Shown here one piece after another: positions 1 to 10,253 of a DNA stretch of 64,000 nucleotides. The translations under genes and the position numbers were made by a program. Origin of the DNA: an uncultured Candidatus Binatia bacterium (GTDB lineage: Bacteria; Desulfobacterota; Binatia; UBA9968; JAJDTQ01); NCBI GenBank assembly GCA_965242525.1, contig OZ251459.1:3104001-3168000 (forward strand). The letters run 5' to 3'. The notes under the pieces are model-generated. The model saw nothing but the letters and a program-made list of their open reading frames with translations, did no database searches and was not told the origin of the DNA. Positions within the stretch are counted from its first letter, which is position 1. Every line of letters starts with the position of its first letter.

Positions 1-17
1 AACCCTGAAACCGATCC

Positions 18-122
18 CCATTCGTCCTGAGCATAGCGTAGCAAACTCGACCCTGCTCGTCGTGAGCGTAGCGAAGTCCTCCGTTCGTCCTGAGCGTAGC
101 GTAGCGAAGTCGAAGGACGCGC
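18..122 (+). repeat. REP-like palindromic repeat cluster, family A (core CCGTTCGTCCTGAGCGTAGCGAAGCGAAGTCGAAGGACGCGC)
   Basis: One full copy at 81-122 plus two partial copies upstream, directly after the rsmG stop; the same core recurs at more than ten intergenic sites. Confidence 0.85.
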
Positions 123-123
123 T

Positions 124-822
124 TCAGACGTTCCATGTCTCACTCCAAGACCGCGGCGCCGCCTTCCGGAAGGTCAGCAACGTCCGGCGCTCGCGCCCGA
201 AAGGGAGTTCGAGGTCGATCTTTCTTCCCTCGGAAAGCCCATACCCTGCAAGACACCCTCGGAGTTCATCCAGCACCGCGGTCCCCTTGGGGCCGTGCAT
301 GACGATGGACGTCCCGTCCGGCGCCAGGAGCTTTCCGCTGGCCTCCAGGAACCCGCGAATATCGGAAAACCCGCGGGTAATGGTCTCCTGCATGGCCGGT
401 AACGAGTCCCCAGGCAAGCTCTCCATCCGACCCTCGACCACATGGGCGTTGGTCAGACCGAGTTCTCGAACCACGTGCCTCAGAAAGGTGGCGCGCTTTC
501 GACGCGGCTCCAGCAGATACACGGGCTTCTCGGGCAACATGATGTTGATGGGGATTCCCGGAAATCCGGCGCCGCTGCCGACGTCCAGAAGCCTGCCGCC
601 ACGGCTCAGCAAAGGGACGACGGAAAGGGAGTCGATGAAGTGCAGGCGCAAGACGAGCTCCCGGTCGCGGATGGCGGTGAGGTTCAGGCGCACGCTCCAG
701 AACGAAAGCATCGACAGGTAGCGGGAGAATGCGCGGGTATGACGTGGAGACAGTTCGAGACCGAAGGACTTGGCGCCCTCTACCAGGAGTCGTTCGTTCT
801 TGGCGGAGTCCGTATCAGTCAC
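124..822 (-). CDS. rsmG: 16S rRNA m7G527 methyltransferase RsmG (GidB)
   Basis: LNLTAI..HFIDSL and SAM-binding LLDVGSGAGFPGIP motifs; follows mnmG. Confidence 0.93.
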   Translation of the reverse strand: MTDTDSAKNERLLVEGAKSFGLELSPRHTRAFSRYLSMLSFWSVRLNLTAIRDRELVLRLHFIDSLSVVPLLSRGGRLLDVGSGAGFPGIPINIMLPEKPVYLLEPRRKRATFLRHVVRELGLTNAHVVEGRMESLPGDSLPAMQETITRGFSDIRGFLEASGKLLAPDGTSIVMHGPKGTAVLDELRGCLAGYGLSEGRKIDLELPFGRERRTLLTFRKAAPRSWSETWNV

Positions 823-887
823 AGGTGGCGGCGCTCTTTGGGTGCGGTGCGCTACGGGAGCATCCGCGGATGGCGGTCCCGTCTGGA

Positions 888-2777
888 TCAGCCGGCCTTC
901 GTCTTGTAGAGGTAAAGGGAAAGCACCGAGATGGCCGCGGGAGTGACGCCCGAAATCCTGTAAGCCTGCCCCAGGGAACGCGGGCGCACGCGGGTCAGCT
1001 TATCGCTGATTTCGCGTGAGAGCCCGTTGATCTTGCGGTAATCCATGTCTTCGGGAAGCACCACGTTCTCCATCTTCTGGAAACGCTTGAGGCCCTGGGC
1101 CTGCCGGTCCACGTAACCGCTGTATTTGATCGAAACCTCCGCCTGCAGGGCCGCGTCGGACGGAACCTCGGCCAGCTCGGGGCGGAAAGTCGCCAGATCC
1201 CGGAACGCGACCTCTGGACGGCGAAGCAACTGCGCCAACGAAGAGATGTTCCGTATGGGCGCCGTTCCCATGTCGCGTAGCTCGGTCTGCACCCGATGCG
1301 AGGGATGGATGCGGACGGTCTCCAGCTTTTCGCTCACTTCGGCAATGAGAGCCTGCTTCCTGGCGGTCCGTGCGCGCGCCTGCGGCGTGGCGAGGCCGAT
1401 CCGGCCGCCCAACTCCGTCAGCCGCAGGTCGGCGTTGTCCTCCCTGAGCAGCAATCGGTACTCGGCGCGGGAGGTAAACATCCGGTAAGGCTCACCGTCG
1501 GTCCCCTTGGTAACGAGGTCGTCGATGAGGACACCGATGTATGCCTGGTCACGGGAAAGGATCAGCGGGTCTTCCCCTCTGAGGCTGAGGACCGCGTTGA
1601 TGGCCGCCACGAGACCCTGGCTCGCGGCCTCTTCGTATCCTGTCGTGCCGTTTATCTGGCCTGCCAGGTAAAGGCTGCCCATGGCCTTGGTTTCCAGGGT
1701 CGGCTTCAGTTGGGTCGGCTCCACGTAGTCGTACTCGATGGCATAGCCGGGCCTCATGATCTCGGCGTCTTCCAGTCCTTCGATGCTGTGGACCATTTCC
1801 GCCTGGACATCGAGCGGAAGGCTGGTGGAGATGCCGTTCGGATAGACTTCCACCGTGTCGTAGCCCTCCGGTTCGAGGAAGATCTGGTGCCTTTGCTTGT
1901 CGGCAAAGCGTACCACCTTGTCCTCGATGGAAGGGCAATAGCGCGGCCCGCGGCTCTTGATGACCCCGGAGTACATGGGCGAACGATGGATCGCGGCCCG
2001 GATGATGTCGTGGGTCGCAGGGTTGGTGTAAGTGACGTGGCAAGGGATCTGCTCCTGCTCGATCCTCTCCGTGCCGAAAGAGAACGGGACGGGCGTCTCG
2101 TCCCCATACTGGACCGCCAGCTTCGAATAGTCGATGGTGTGGGCATTGAGACGGGGACAGGTGCCGGTCTTGAGCCGGCCGAGCCGCAGCCCCAGAGCAC
2201 TCAAGGACCCGCTCAAGCCTTGAGCGGCGAAATCCCCTGCCCGGCCCGCGGAATAGTTGCGGTCGCCCACGTGGATGACTCCCTGAAGGAAAGTCCCGGT
2301 GGTCAAAATGGTCTTCCTTGCCTCGAATACTTCTCCTATCTGGGATTCCACTCCTACGACGTGGCCGTCGCGACACAGGAGCGCTTCCACGCTGGCCTGC
2401 TTGAGGGTCAGCCCCTCGCAGTTCTCCAGCACCCGCTTCATCCGCCGGCGGTAGAGGGCCTTGTCGGCCTGGGCCCTGGAAGCCCTGACCGCTGGCCCTT
2501 TCTTGGTGTTCAACACGCGGAACTGGATGCCGGTCTCGTCGATACCTCGCGCCATCTCGCCGCCAAGGGCGTCGATTTCCTTGACGAGATGCCCCTTGCC
2601 GATTCCGCCAATGGCGGGATTGCACGACATCTGTCCGATATGGTCGAGGTTCAAGGTCAACATCAACGTATCGAAACCCATCCGGGCGGCCGCCAGGGAG
2701 GCTTCGATACCCGCGTGCCCGGCCCCGACCACGATGACGTCGTAGATCCTGCCTTGTCCCTTGGCTGATTGTTTCAC
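888..2777 (-). CDS. mnmG: tRNA uridine-5-carboxymethylaminomethyl modification enzyme MnmG (GidA)
   Basis: [14 protein letters not shown] motif, [47 protein letters not shown]. Confidence 0.98.
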   Translation of the reverse strand: MKQSAKGQGRIYDVIVVGAGHAGIEASLAAARMGFDTLMLTLNLDHIGQMSCNPAIGGIGKGHLVKEIDALGGEMARGIDETGIQFRVLNTKKGPAVRASRAQADKALYRRRMKRVLENCEGLTLKQASVEALLCRDGHVVGVESQIGEVFEARKTILTTGTFLQGVIHVGDRNYSAGRAGDFAAQGLSGSLSALGLRLGRLKTGTCPRLNAHTIDYSKLAVQYGDETPVPFSFGTERIEQEQIPCHVTYTNPATHDIIRAAIHRSPMYSGVIKSRGPRYCPSIEDKVVRFADKQRHQIFLEPEGYDTVEVYPNGISTSLPLDVQAEMVHSIEGLEDAEIMRPGYAIEYDYVEPTQLKPTLETKAMGSLYLAGQINGTTGYEEAASQGLVAAINAVLSLRGEDPLILSRDQAYIGVLIDDLVTKGTDGEPYRMFTSRAEYRLLLREDNADLRLTELGGRIGLATPQARARTARKQALIAEVSEKLETVRIHPSHRVQTELRDMGTAPIRNISSLAQLLRRPEVAFRDLATFRPELAEVPSDAALQAEVSIKYSGYVDRQAQGLKRFQKMENVVLPEDMDYRKINGLSREISDKLTRVRPRSLGQAYRISGVTPAAISVLSLYLYKTKAG

Positions 2778-2785
2778 GTGAAACT
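2770..2785. promoter_or_regulatory. parS centromere-like site
   Basis: TGTTTCACGTGAAACT, a 15/16 match to consensus TGTTTCACGTGAAACA, overlapping the GTG start of mnmG. Confidence 0.8.
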
Positions 2786-2818
2786 CCTCGATCTATTCGA
2801 GCAGAGATCCTGCCAACG

Positions 2819-4186
2819 CTATTTCCCGATGCAGAACTGCGAGAAGATGCGTTCGAGAACATCGTCGTTGGTTACGGCGCCGATGATCTCCGCGAGATTG
2901 TCACGCGCCTCCTGCAGGTCCACCGCCACGATGTCGGGCGGCATACCCTGCTCCATTGCGCGTTGGACCTCGGACAGGCTGGACCTTGCCCGTTCCAGAG
3001 CGGCCTTATGGCGGACGTTGGTCACAACGATTTCGGATTCCTTCGAGGAATCGAGAAAGCAGTCGCGCAAAGCCGTCCTCAACTCGTCCAGCCCCTGGTT
3101 GGTCAGCGCAGACACCCTCACCTGCTTCAGGTGGGGCAACGTCTCGGACACCTCCGCGGGCGTAAGCCTTTGTCCCAGGTCCGACTTGTTGACGACCGCG
3201 AGCCCCTGCCTGTCCCCTACCCTTTGCATCACCTGCGTATCTTCAGGGGTGAGAGGCGCCGACCCGTCCAGCACCAGCAGGCAACCCTCGCTCTCTTCGA
3301 GCTTTTCAAGGGTCACGTCGATGCCGATCTGCTCCACGCCCTCCGTCCCCCCTCGAATGCCCGCGGTGTCCCACAGGACCACGGGCAACCCGTCGAGGCT
3401 CACGGTCTCCTCGATGAAGTCCCGGGTGGTGCCGGGCGTCGCCGTGACAATGGCGCGGTCCACCCCCAGCAAAGCGTTCATCAGGCTCGACTTGCCGACG
3501 TTCGGACGCCCGACGATGCACACGCGAACCCCCTCCCGGATCAGTCGCCCCCACTCGTAGCTGTCGATCAGAGCCGATATCCTGTCCACTACCCCTGCGA
3601 CTTTCCCCGCCAACGCCGCTTGCTGGAGGAGCTCGATCTCCTCTTCCGGGAAGTCGATGGCGGCTTCCACTTGCACGAGGGTATCGACCAACTGTTCCCG
3701 CAGCGCGCGCACCTCCTGCGACAACCCGCCTTCCATCTGGCCCAACGCCACCCCCGCGGCCTTGTCCGTGCGCGACCGGATCAGGTCCAACACCGCCTCG
3801 GCCTGGGTCAAGTCCAATCGCCCGTTCAGGAACGCCCTCTTCGTGAACTCCCCGGGATCCGCGTGCCGCGCCCCGCGGGCCAGCACCAGACCCAGCACCT
3901 GCCGAACCACGTAAGGGCCTCCGTGGCAATGGATCTCGACGGTGTCCTCGCCCGTGTAACTCCTCGGCTGCCGCAGGAACGCGAACATCACTTCGTCCAC
4001 CACCGCCCCCCGGTCCGGGTCCCTGACCCTCCCGTAATACAACCGGTGGGACTCCCAACCCAGGTCCTTGCGAACGAGTACCTCCCTTCCGATACGCTCG
4101 GCGTCCGGACCGCTCAGGCGCACCAGGGCCACCCCACCCTCCCCCGGGGGCGTGGCCACCGCTGCTATGGTGTCCGCACGGTACAC
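2819..4186 (-). CDS. mnmE: tRNA modification GTPase MnmE (TrmE)
   Basis: DTIAAVATPPGEGG, SYTGEDTVEIHCHGG, GRPNVGKSS, PGTTRD, DTAG, NKSD and C-terminal FCIGK. Confidence 0.98.
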   Translation of the reverse strand: MYRADTIAAVATPPGEGGVALVRLSGPDAERIGREVLVRKDLGWESHRLYYGRVRDPDRGAVVDEVMFAFLRQPRSYTGEDTVEIHCHGGPYVVRQVLGLVLARGARHADPGEFTKRAFLNGRLDLTQAEAVLDLIRSRTDKAAGVALGQMEGGLSQEVRALREQLVDTLVQVEAAIDFPEEEIELLQQAALAGKVAGVVDRISALIDSYEWGRLIREGVRVCIVGRPNVGKSSLMNALLGVDRAIVTATPGTTRDFIEETVSLDGLPVVLWDTAGIRGGTEGVEQIGIDVTLEKLEESEGCLLVLDGSAPLTPEDTQVMQRVGDRQGLAVVNKSDLGQRLTPAEVSETLPHLKQVRVSALTNQGLDELRTALRDCFLDSSKESEIVVTNVRHKAALERARSSLSEVQRAMEQGMPPDIVAVDLQEARDNLAEIIGAVTNDDVLERIFSQFCIGK

Positions 4187-4318
4187 AACGGGTCCTCCGG
4201 CTGCCGCACGCCGCGGTTATGTCCCATATACCCCATCTCGCCCGTAGCACAAGCACATGGACCGCGCCTTCGTTCGCCTCCCCCGAAAAACTGTGTTAGA
4301 CATGGACCTCGAACCGCC

Positions 4319-5380
4319 ATGAACCGAACCACCGACGACCTCCGAATCGAAGACCCGCGTCCCTTGGTCCCAGCAATGATTTTGGTGGACGAAGAACTGC
4401 CGATTACGGAACGGGCCACCGAAACGGTCACCAAGGCCCGGCGCGAAATCGACGACATCATCAGCGGCCGCGACCAACGGCTCCTGGTCATCGCCGGTCC
4501 CTGCTCCATACACGATTCGAAGGCGGCCCTGGAGTACGCGGGCCGCCTGAAGCGCGAATCCGACCGACTTGCCGACGACCTTCTCGTCATCATGCGCGTC
4601 TATTTCGAGAAGCCGCGCACAACCGTGGGCTGGAAGGGCCTCATCAACGACCCGAACCTCGACGGCAGCTTCAACATCAACAAGGGGTTGCGGCTCGCCC
4701 GGGGCCTGTTGCTCGACTTGGCGAACATGGGGTTGGCCGCGGGGTCCGAGTTCCTGGACACCATCACACCACAGTTCACCGCGGACTTGGTGTCCTGGGG
4801 CGCCATTGGCGCGCGCACCTCGGAGAGCCAGGTGCACAGGGAACTGGCCTCCGGGTTGTCCATGCCCGTCGGGTTCAAGAACGGCACCGGGGGTTCCATC
4901 CAGATCGCCATCGACGGGGTGCGCGCCGCATGCCATCCGCACCACTTCCTCGGGGTCACCAAGCAGGGAATCGCGGCGATCATCTCCACGTCGGGGAACG
5001 AGAGCTGCCACGTGATCCTGCGAGGTTCGGTCAAGGGTCCGAACTACCAACGGACCGTCGTCGATGAAACCGCGCAGACCCTGCGCGACGCCAACCTGCC
5101 GGACCGCGTGCTGGTGGATTGCAGCCACGGGAACAGCCAGAAGGACTACCGGCGCCAGCCCGAAGTGGCCCGGGAGGTGTGCGCGCAGGTCGCCGAGGGT
5201 TCCGGCAACATCTGCGGCGTCATGATGGAGAGCCACCTCGTGGCCGGTCGCCAGGACATCACTCCCGACACCCCCCTGACCTACGGCCAGAGCGTCACCG
5301 ACGCCTGCATCGACTGGGAGACCACCGTTCCCACCCTCCAGGCCCTCGCCCGCGCCTCGCACCAGAGAAACGGTTCCTGA
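4319..5380 (+). CDS. 3-deoxy-7-phosphoheptulonate (DAHP) synthase, class I (AroF/G/H type)
   Basis: GPCSIHD, MRVYFEKPRTTVGWKG, GAIGARTSESQVHRELASG, DCSHGNS, SVTDAC; start placed at ATG 4319 inside the longer track ORF. Confidence 0.95.
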   Translation: MNRTTDDLRIEDPRPLVPAMILVDEELPITERATETVTKARREIDDIISGRDQRLLVIAGPCSIHDSKAALEYAGRLKRESDRLADDLLVIMRVYFEKPRTTVGWKGLINDPNLDGSFNINKGLRLARGLLLDLANMGLAAGSEFLDTITPQFTADLVSWGAIGARTSESQVHRELASGLSMPVGFKNGTGGSIQIAIDGVRAACHPHHFLGVTKQGIAAIISTSGNESCHVILRGSVKGPNYQRTVVDETAQTLRDANLPDRVLVDCSHGNSQKDYRRQPEVAREVCAQVAEGSGNICGVMMESHLVAGRQDITPDTPLTYGQSVTDACIDWETTVPTLQALARASHQRNGS

Positions 5381-5446
5381 AGGCAGGTCAGCCGTCCCCG
5401 GACAGCGGCGCATCCGGCGCCGCTCGTGTGCAGCAGTCGCGATCCC

Positions 5447-5773
5447 ATGGAACCTCCCGTCGCAACCTCCCGCTTCATCGCCATAAGGGACGAAGACAGG
5501 TGGACGGTCACGGTCTCCGTCTTTCCTCCCGAACCGGACCCGGAATCCGAGCACCGGGACTACCGCTGCCGGATCGAAATGACGGGACTTCCCGCACCCG
5601 TCTATTCCCACGGGATCGATTCCCTGCAAGCCTTGAGCCTGTCGTTTTCCTTTCTCTACCGGGAACTTCGACGACTGGAGCGTTCCGGATGGAAGCTCAC
5701 CCTCGATGGAGAGACGGAAATGACGCCCTCCCTGCTTTCGTCCTATCTCGGAGCGGTCCAGGAGCATCGCTGA
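5447..5773 (+). CDS. Small hypothetical protein (resembles DUF6968-type proteins)
   Basis: Clean ORF with HGIDSLQALSL motif; family name from memory only. Confidence 0.55.
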   Translation: MEPPVATSRFIAIRDEDRWTVTVSVFPPEPDPESEHRDYRCRIEMTGLPAPVYSHGIDSLQALSLSFSFLYRELRRLERSGWKLTLDGETEMTPSLLSSYLGAVQEHR

Positions 5774-5937
5774 GGCGGTCCGCGGGTCGGACCCGTCCCC
5801 ATATATTGTTCAGTCTTCCGTTCCTCTATTTTGTCTTTCCACGGATTTTTCGGCCTAAGAGGTTGACAATGTCGGATTCCATAAAGAATAATCTGACACA
5901 ATATACGCGGAATTACGGGCTGGAAGGAGCGAACCAT

Positions 5938-7116
5938 ATGTCCCAAGGGGGAAGTGCTGCCCCTGACGTCGGCCGGCGGTTGCGCATTGCGCGTGAAACT
6001 GCCGGCATCACGCAGGCGCGCGCCGCGGCTACTATCGACGTGGCGCGGACGACGCTGGTGGCCATGGAAAAGGGGCAGCGTGCCGTTCGCGCCGCTGAAC
6101 TTCTGCCGCTGGCCCGACTGTACGGCACGTCGGTCAACTCGCTGCTGCGTCGGGAATCGGTGTACGTGGACCTCCTGCCGCGCTTTCGGAAACTCCCCGA
6201 CTGCAAGGACGAAGCGGCCGCCCGGGCGGCCCGGCTGCTGGCAGACCTGGTTCGGGCCGAAGTCGAACTCGAAAACCTGCTCGGCGTCACGCCTTCCCGG
6301 AACTATCCTCCACAACGACCCCTCATGCCCGGCGACGTGCGCGCCCAGGCCGAACAGGACGCCACCGAGCTCCGCCACAGGCTGGGGCTGGGCTTGGCCC
6401 CGGTCCGTGACCTGACCAGCCTGCTGGAACTCGACCTGGGCGTCCGCATTTACGTGCGGCCCCTCGACGCCCGCGTGTCCGGGCTGTTCGCGTACGACGA
6501 GCACGTTGGCGCCTCCATACTGCTCAACGCCGCCCATCCGCGTGAACGTCGGACGCAAAGCGCGGCGCATGAACTCGGTCACCTGGTTGCAAGCCGACAC
6601 TCCCCTGACGTGCAGTACCGGGACGGCCGGGAAAACTCCCGTGAAGAGCGCTACGCCAACGCCTTTGGACGGGCCTTCCTGACGCCGGGGCGGACGGTCA
6701 TGCAGCGTTTCCGGGAGGTCACGCAAGGGTCAACGCATCTCACGCGGCGGCACGTCGTCCTGCTTGCGCACGCCTTCGGCGTCTCGCGGGAGGCCATCGT
6801 TCGGCGGATCGAAGAGTTGGACTTGACGAAACCGGGGACTTGGGACTGGTTCCAGACGAACGGCGGAATCAAGGACGAACAGGCGCGCCAGGTTCTCGGC
6901 GACTTGGCGGGTGTAGATACGGACAAAGCCGAAGCAAGGCGTCCCACGACGCTCCGCTTGAGCCTGCTGGCCGCGGAAGCATGGCGGCGGGAACTGCTCA
7001 GCGAAGGGCAACTCGCCCGTCTCCTGCATCTCGACCGCGTGGAGTTGCGGGAGATGTTGGACGACGTCGAGGATGAAGGGGTTGACGCGGATGGCGCGCC
7101 AAAGCTGCCTGGATGA
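5938..7116 (+). CDS. Xre-family HTH fused to ImmA/IrrE-type zinc metallopeptidase
   Basis: N-terminal GRRLRIARETAGITQ..VARTTLVAMEKG HTH; AAHELGH (HExxH) plus downstream EERYANAF; GAAGGAG RBS before ATG 5938. Confidence 0.88.
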   Translation: MSQGGSAAPDVGRRLRIARETAGITQARAAATIDVARTTLVAMEKGQRAVRAAELLPLARLYGTSVNSLLRRESVYVDLLPRFRKLPDCKDEAAARAARLLADLVRAEVELENLLGVTPSRNYPPQRPLMPGDVRAQAEQDATELRHRLGLGLAPVRDLTSLLELDLGVRIYVRPLDARVSGLFAYDEHVGASILLNAAHPRERRTQSAAHELGHLVASRHSPDVQYRDGRENSREERYANAFGRAFLTPGRTVMQRFREVTQGSTHLTRRHVVLLAHAFGVSREAIVRRIEELDLTKPGTWDWFQTNGGIKDEQARQVLGDLAGVDTDKAEARRPTTLRLSLLAAEAWRRELLSEGQLARLLHLDRVELREMLDDVEDEGVDADGAPKLPG

Positions 7117-7708
7117 TCCCACCGTTCCCGTTGTCGCGGACACGAGCGTCGTCATCAACCTCAACGCCAGCGGATACGCCCCGGCAATCCTGGAAGCGCT
7201 CCCCAACTCGTTTCTCGTGGTTTCAGAGGTGGAACGCGAGCTTCGGGAAGACCGGCAGACAGGCCGGAACGACGCCGTTGCGCTCGCCCAATGGGTTGAT
7301 TCGGGCCGGGCCGAAGTCGTGCGCCTCGGGGAACGCGGAATGGAGCGTTTCTACGACCTCGTTTCCGGTGCGGCCGCCCAGACGCTGGACGATGGCGAAG
7401 CGGCAACCATCGCCCATGCGCTGGAAACGGAACCCCCCGCCATCCCTCTCATCGACGAGCGTAAGGCAAACCGGATCTGTGCGGAGCGCTTTGCGGCGCT
7501 TGTAACGGGAAGTACGGTTGACCTGCTTGCCCAAGGCGACGTCCGGACAGCCCTTGGACCAGAGCGCCTCGCCGAGGCGGTCTTCAACGCGCTGCGCCAC
7601 GGACGTATGCGCGTTCTACCGCGCCATCTGGAATGGGTCGTGGACCTCATGGGTCCCGAACGGGCCAGACAATGCAAGTCCCTTCCGCGGTCGGTCCGCT
7701 CCGGTTGA
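7091..7708 (+). CDS. PIN-domain protein (DUF3368-like), putative toxin
   Basis: VVADTSVVINL, EVEREL, LDDGEAATIAHA and IDERKA acidic PIN motifs; overlaps the Xre-ImmA gene; start may be 7073. Confidence 0.75.
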   Translation: MARQSCLDDPTVPVVADTSVVINLNASGYAPAILEALPNSFLVVSEVERELREDRQTGRNDAVALAQWVDSGRAEVVRLGERGMERFYDLVSGAAAQTLDDGEAATIAHALETEPPAIPLIDERKANRICAERFAALVTGSTVDLLAQGDVRTALGPERLAEAVFNALRHGRMRVLPRHLEWVVDLMGPERARQCKSLPRSVRSG

Positions 7709-7909
7709 CCTTGGGGCCCGCGGCGCCGGTCAGAGGTCGTCCAGGAGTGGGCGATCAGCCGTTCCAACGCGGCTCGACGTCTTTCACGCCCTACCGTCAT
7801 GGCGTGGCCTTACCATGAAATCTGGACGTGGTCCGTCCAGATTTCATGGTTGTCCCTACCGAAGGACCATTGGATCCATCCCGGCCTGGTCTCCCTCTCC
7901 CTTCAGGAA

Positions 7910-7985
7910 AGCGCGTCCTTCGACTTCGCTACGCTACGCTCAGGATGAACGGGGGACTTCGCTGCGCTGCGCTCAGGACGAACGG
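7910..7985 (-). repeat. REP-like family A, two copies
   Basis: GCGCGTCCTTCGACTTCGCTACGCTACGCTCAGGATGAACGG plus a partial copy, between convergent genes. Confidence 0.8.
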
Positions 7986-8064
7986 AGAATTGTCGTTCAG
8001 GGCTTCCCGGAGGACGAGCGCCGGGTCAACCCCGGTCCGGCGGACGACTCCCGTTCGCCGGGCG

Positions 8065-9555
8065 TCAGCCGGACGTTCCCCGCAGGCGCGCCGCAATGGT
8101 GGTGAACTGCTCCAACGCGGCTTGCAGGTCGTCGGCGACCTCCGCAGCGATGACCTCGGGCGGCGGCAGGGAGTCGGCGTCGGTCAGGCCCTCGTCCTTG
8201 ATCCAGAACAGGTCGAGGCTCAGCTTGTCGCGCTTCAGCAGGTCGTCGTAGTCGTAGCAGCGCCAGCGGCCGCCCGGTTCGTCCTCGCTCCACGTGGGGA
8301 CGCGCTCGTGCAGGCGGCCCGGCTTGTAGCAGGCGATGAACTCGTCGAAGTCCGCGCGCCGGATGGGCTTCTGCTTGAGCGTGAAATGGCGGTTGGTGCG
8401 CAGGTCATAGACCCACAGCCGGTCCGTCCAGGCATCGGCGCGGCCCTCCTTCTTGTCGAAGAAGATCACGTTGGCCTTGACCCCCGGCGAGTACCAGATG
8501 CCCGTGGGCAGCCGCAGCAGCGTATGGACGCGGCACTTCTCCAGCAGGTTGCGGCGCACCTTCTCGCCCGCCCCGCCCTCGAACAGCACGTTGTCCGGCG
8601 CCACCACCGCGGCCCGCCCGTCAATCTTCAACAGGGTGTAGATGTGCTGCACGAAGTTGAGTTGCTTGTTGCTGGTGGAGGTCCAGAAGTCCTCGCGGAG
8701 CACCACCTGGTCTTCCTTCTCGGTGTCGCCCTCCTCGTTCACGAACAACAGGCTCTGCTTCTTGCCGAAGGGGGGATTGGCGAGGACCATGGAGTATTCG
8801 CGGCGCCACGGCGCGGCCAGGCTGTCGTGCCCGGTGTGGACCACCACCTTGTCGCCGCCGATGTTGTGCAGATAGACGTTCATGGCGCACATGCGGCCCA
8901 CCTTTGGGGAAAGCTCCATGCCCTCCACGAGCCCTTCCTGCAACGCACGGAGCTCGTCCGCGTCCAGCCGGTCCCCGTGATGGTCGAGCACGTGCCGATA
9001 GGCGTTGCAGAGAAAGCCGCCGGTCCCGGCCGCGGGGTCGCAGATGCGGTCGTCCGGGGTCGGTTGCATCACCTCGCACATGGCCTCGATCACCGGCCGG
9101 GGGGTGAAATACTGCCCCGCGCCGCGTGACGACTCCTGGGCCGAGCGGGACAGCAGTTCCTCGTAGATCGTGCCCTTCACGTCCACCGGCAGCGACAGCC
9201 AGTCCACCCGGTCGAGCAGGTTGACGATGAGCTGCTTGAGCAGCGCGGGGTTGTGGATCTCGCAGCGCGCCCCCTTGAAGACCGCGCCAAGCATCCCCGG
9301 CTCGGAGGCGAGCTTTTCCAGGCTCCTGCGGTACTGGTCCTCCAACGCGGCGCCGTCCAGTCGCAGCAGCGCTTGCCAGCCAAGCTCCGCGGGCACCAGC
9401 GGCGCGCGCTCGTAGGGCGGCGCCGTCAACTGGTCCGCCATCTTGAGGAACAGCAGCAGGGTCAGTTGCTCGACGTACTCGAAACAGGACAGCCCGGCGT
9501 CCTGCAAGACGCCGGCGTAGCTCCAGGCCCGCTTGCCGATCTGCGAAGCATCCAT
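8065..9555 (-). CDS. hsdM: Type I restriction-modification N6-adenine methyltransferase (M subunit)
   Basis: GQYFTPR, ICDPAAGTGGFL (motif I), ANPPFG (motif IV), LPTGIW..GVKANV. Confidence 0.93.
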   Translation of the reverse strand: MDASQIGKRAWSYAGVLQDAGLSCFEYVEQLTLLLFLKMADQLTAPPYERAPLVPAELGWQALLRLDGAALEDQYRRSLEKLASEPGMLGAVFKGARCEIHNPALLKQLIVNLLDRVDWLSLPVDVKGTIYEELLSRSAQESSRGAGQYFTPRPVIEAMCEVMQPTPDDRICDPAAGTGGFLCNAYRHVLDHHGDRLDADELRALQEGLVEGMELSPKVGRMCAMNVYLHNIGGDKVVVHTGHDSLAAPWRREYSMVLANPPFGKKQSLLFVNEEGDTEKEDQVVLREDFWTSTSNKQLNFVQHIYTLLKIDGRAAVVAPDNVLFEGGAGEKVRRNLLEKCRVHTLLRLPTGIWYSPGVKANVIFFDKKEGRADAWTDRLWVYDLRTNRHFTLKQKPIRRADFDEFIACYKPGRLHERVPTWSEDEPGGRWRCYDYDDLLKRDKLSLDLFWIKDEGLTDADSLPPPEVIAAEVADDLQAALEQFTTIAARLRGTSG

Positions 9556-9568
9556 GAACGGGCGTGCG

Positions 9569-9708
9569 CTATATGGTGACGGTCAGCGGATGGCCGACGA
9601 GACGCCGATCCACCGTGAGGAGCTTGAGGCCCTCTTCCTGGGCCTGGACCAGGAGGAGTTCGTCGAACGGGTCCTTGTGAGATGGAAGGTGTCAAGAAGA
9701 ATGCGCAC
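9569..9708 (-). pseudogene. Internally deleted, frameshifted VapC/PIN toxin
   Basis: My translation: the GTG-start MRILLDT is joined out of frame to HKDPFDELLLVQAQEEGLKLLTVDRRLVGHPLTVTI-stop; the PIN core is missing. Confidence 0.75.
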
Positions 9709-9719
9709 AGGTTACGCAC

Positions 9720-9998
9720 CTATTCGTCATCGTCGAGTCCCAGCACTTGACGGCTGAACGCAGGATTTTCGAAATCTGCCATCCATGCTTCCACTTCCTC
9801 CGGCGAGGCGTCCTCGATACCGAGGCGCCGGCGTGCCGCCTCCAGCCTGTCGAAGTCGATGCCGCCACGCTTGCGATAGCGGACGAGCTCCACGTCCGGT
9901 TCGCCGTTCCGGGTGATGACCACTCGTTCGCCTCTCCGGGCGGCGCTGACGAGTTCGGACAGGCGCGCTTTCGCTTCGCTCAGGGCAAGCTCCATCAT
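9720..9998 (-). CDS. Phd/YefM-family antitoxin
   Basis: MELALSEAKARLSELV..GERVVITRNGEP; GGAGG RBS upstream. Confidence 0.88.
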   Translation of the reverse strand: MMELALSEAKARLSELVSAARRGERVVITRNGEPDVELVRYRKRGGIDFDRLEAARRRLGIEDASPEEVEAWMADFENPAFSRQVLGLDDDE

Positions 9999-10253
9999 CG
10001 GTCCTCCTGACGCACGGTGGGTCTGTTTCCCTACTATGCTCCCTATCGAGTCCACTGGCAAGACTGCGCCTCCGGCCAGCGACGGCCGGTCCCGGTCCCG
10101 GCGTCATCTCGCCGTTGATGAACCCGATCCGATCCGTTCCTTGCCCTGGAAGCGCCTGTCCGGTAGGCTCATGTTCGTGACCTCCCGGTCGTCCGGGACG
10201 GCCGCGCTACCACCCTCTGGCGGTCATGGCCCCGTACTTCGAGGAGACCCGTC

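Noticed and set aside
128-143. Possible second parS at the rsmG 3-prime end (GTTCCATGT)
   Set aside because: Only a half-site match
2963-4318. N-terminal extensions on track ORFs for DAHP synthase (also Xre-ImmA from 5119, hsdR from 17133, yyaL from 19298)
   Set aside because: They overlap other genes; homology-consistent starts lie downstream, several with an RBS or ATGA coupling
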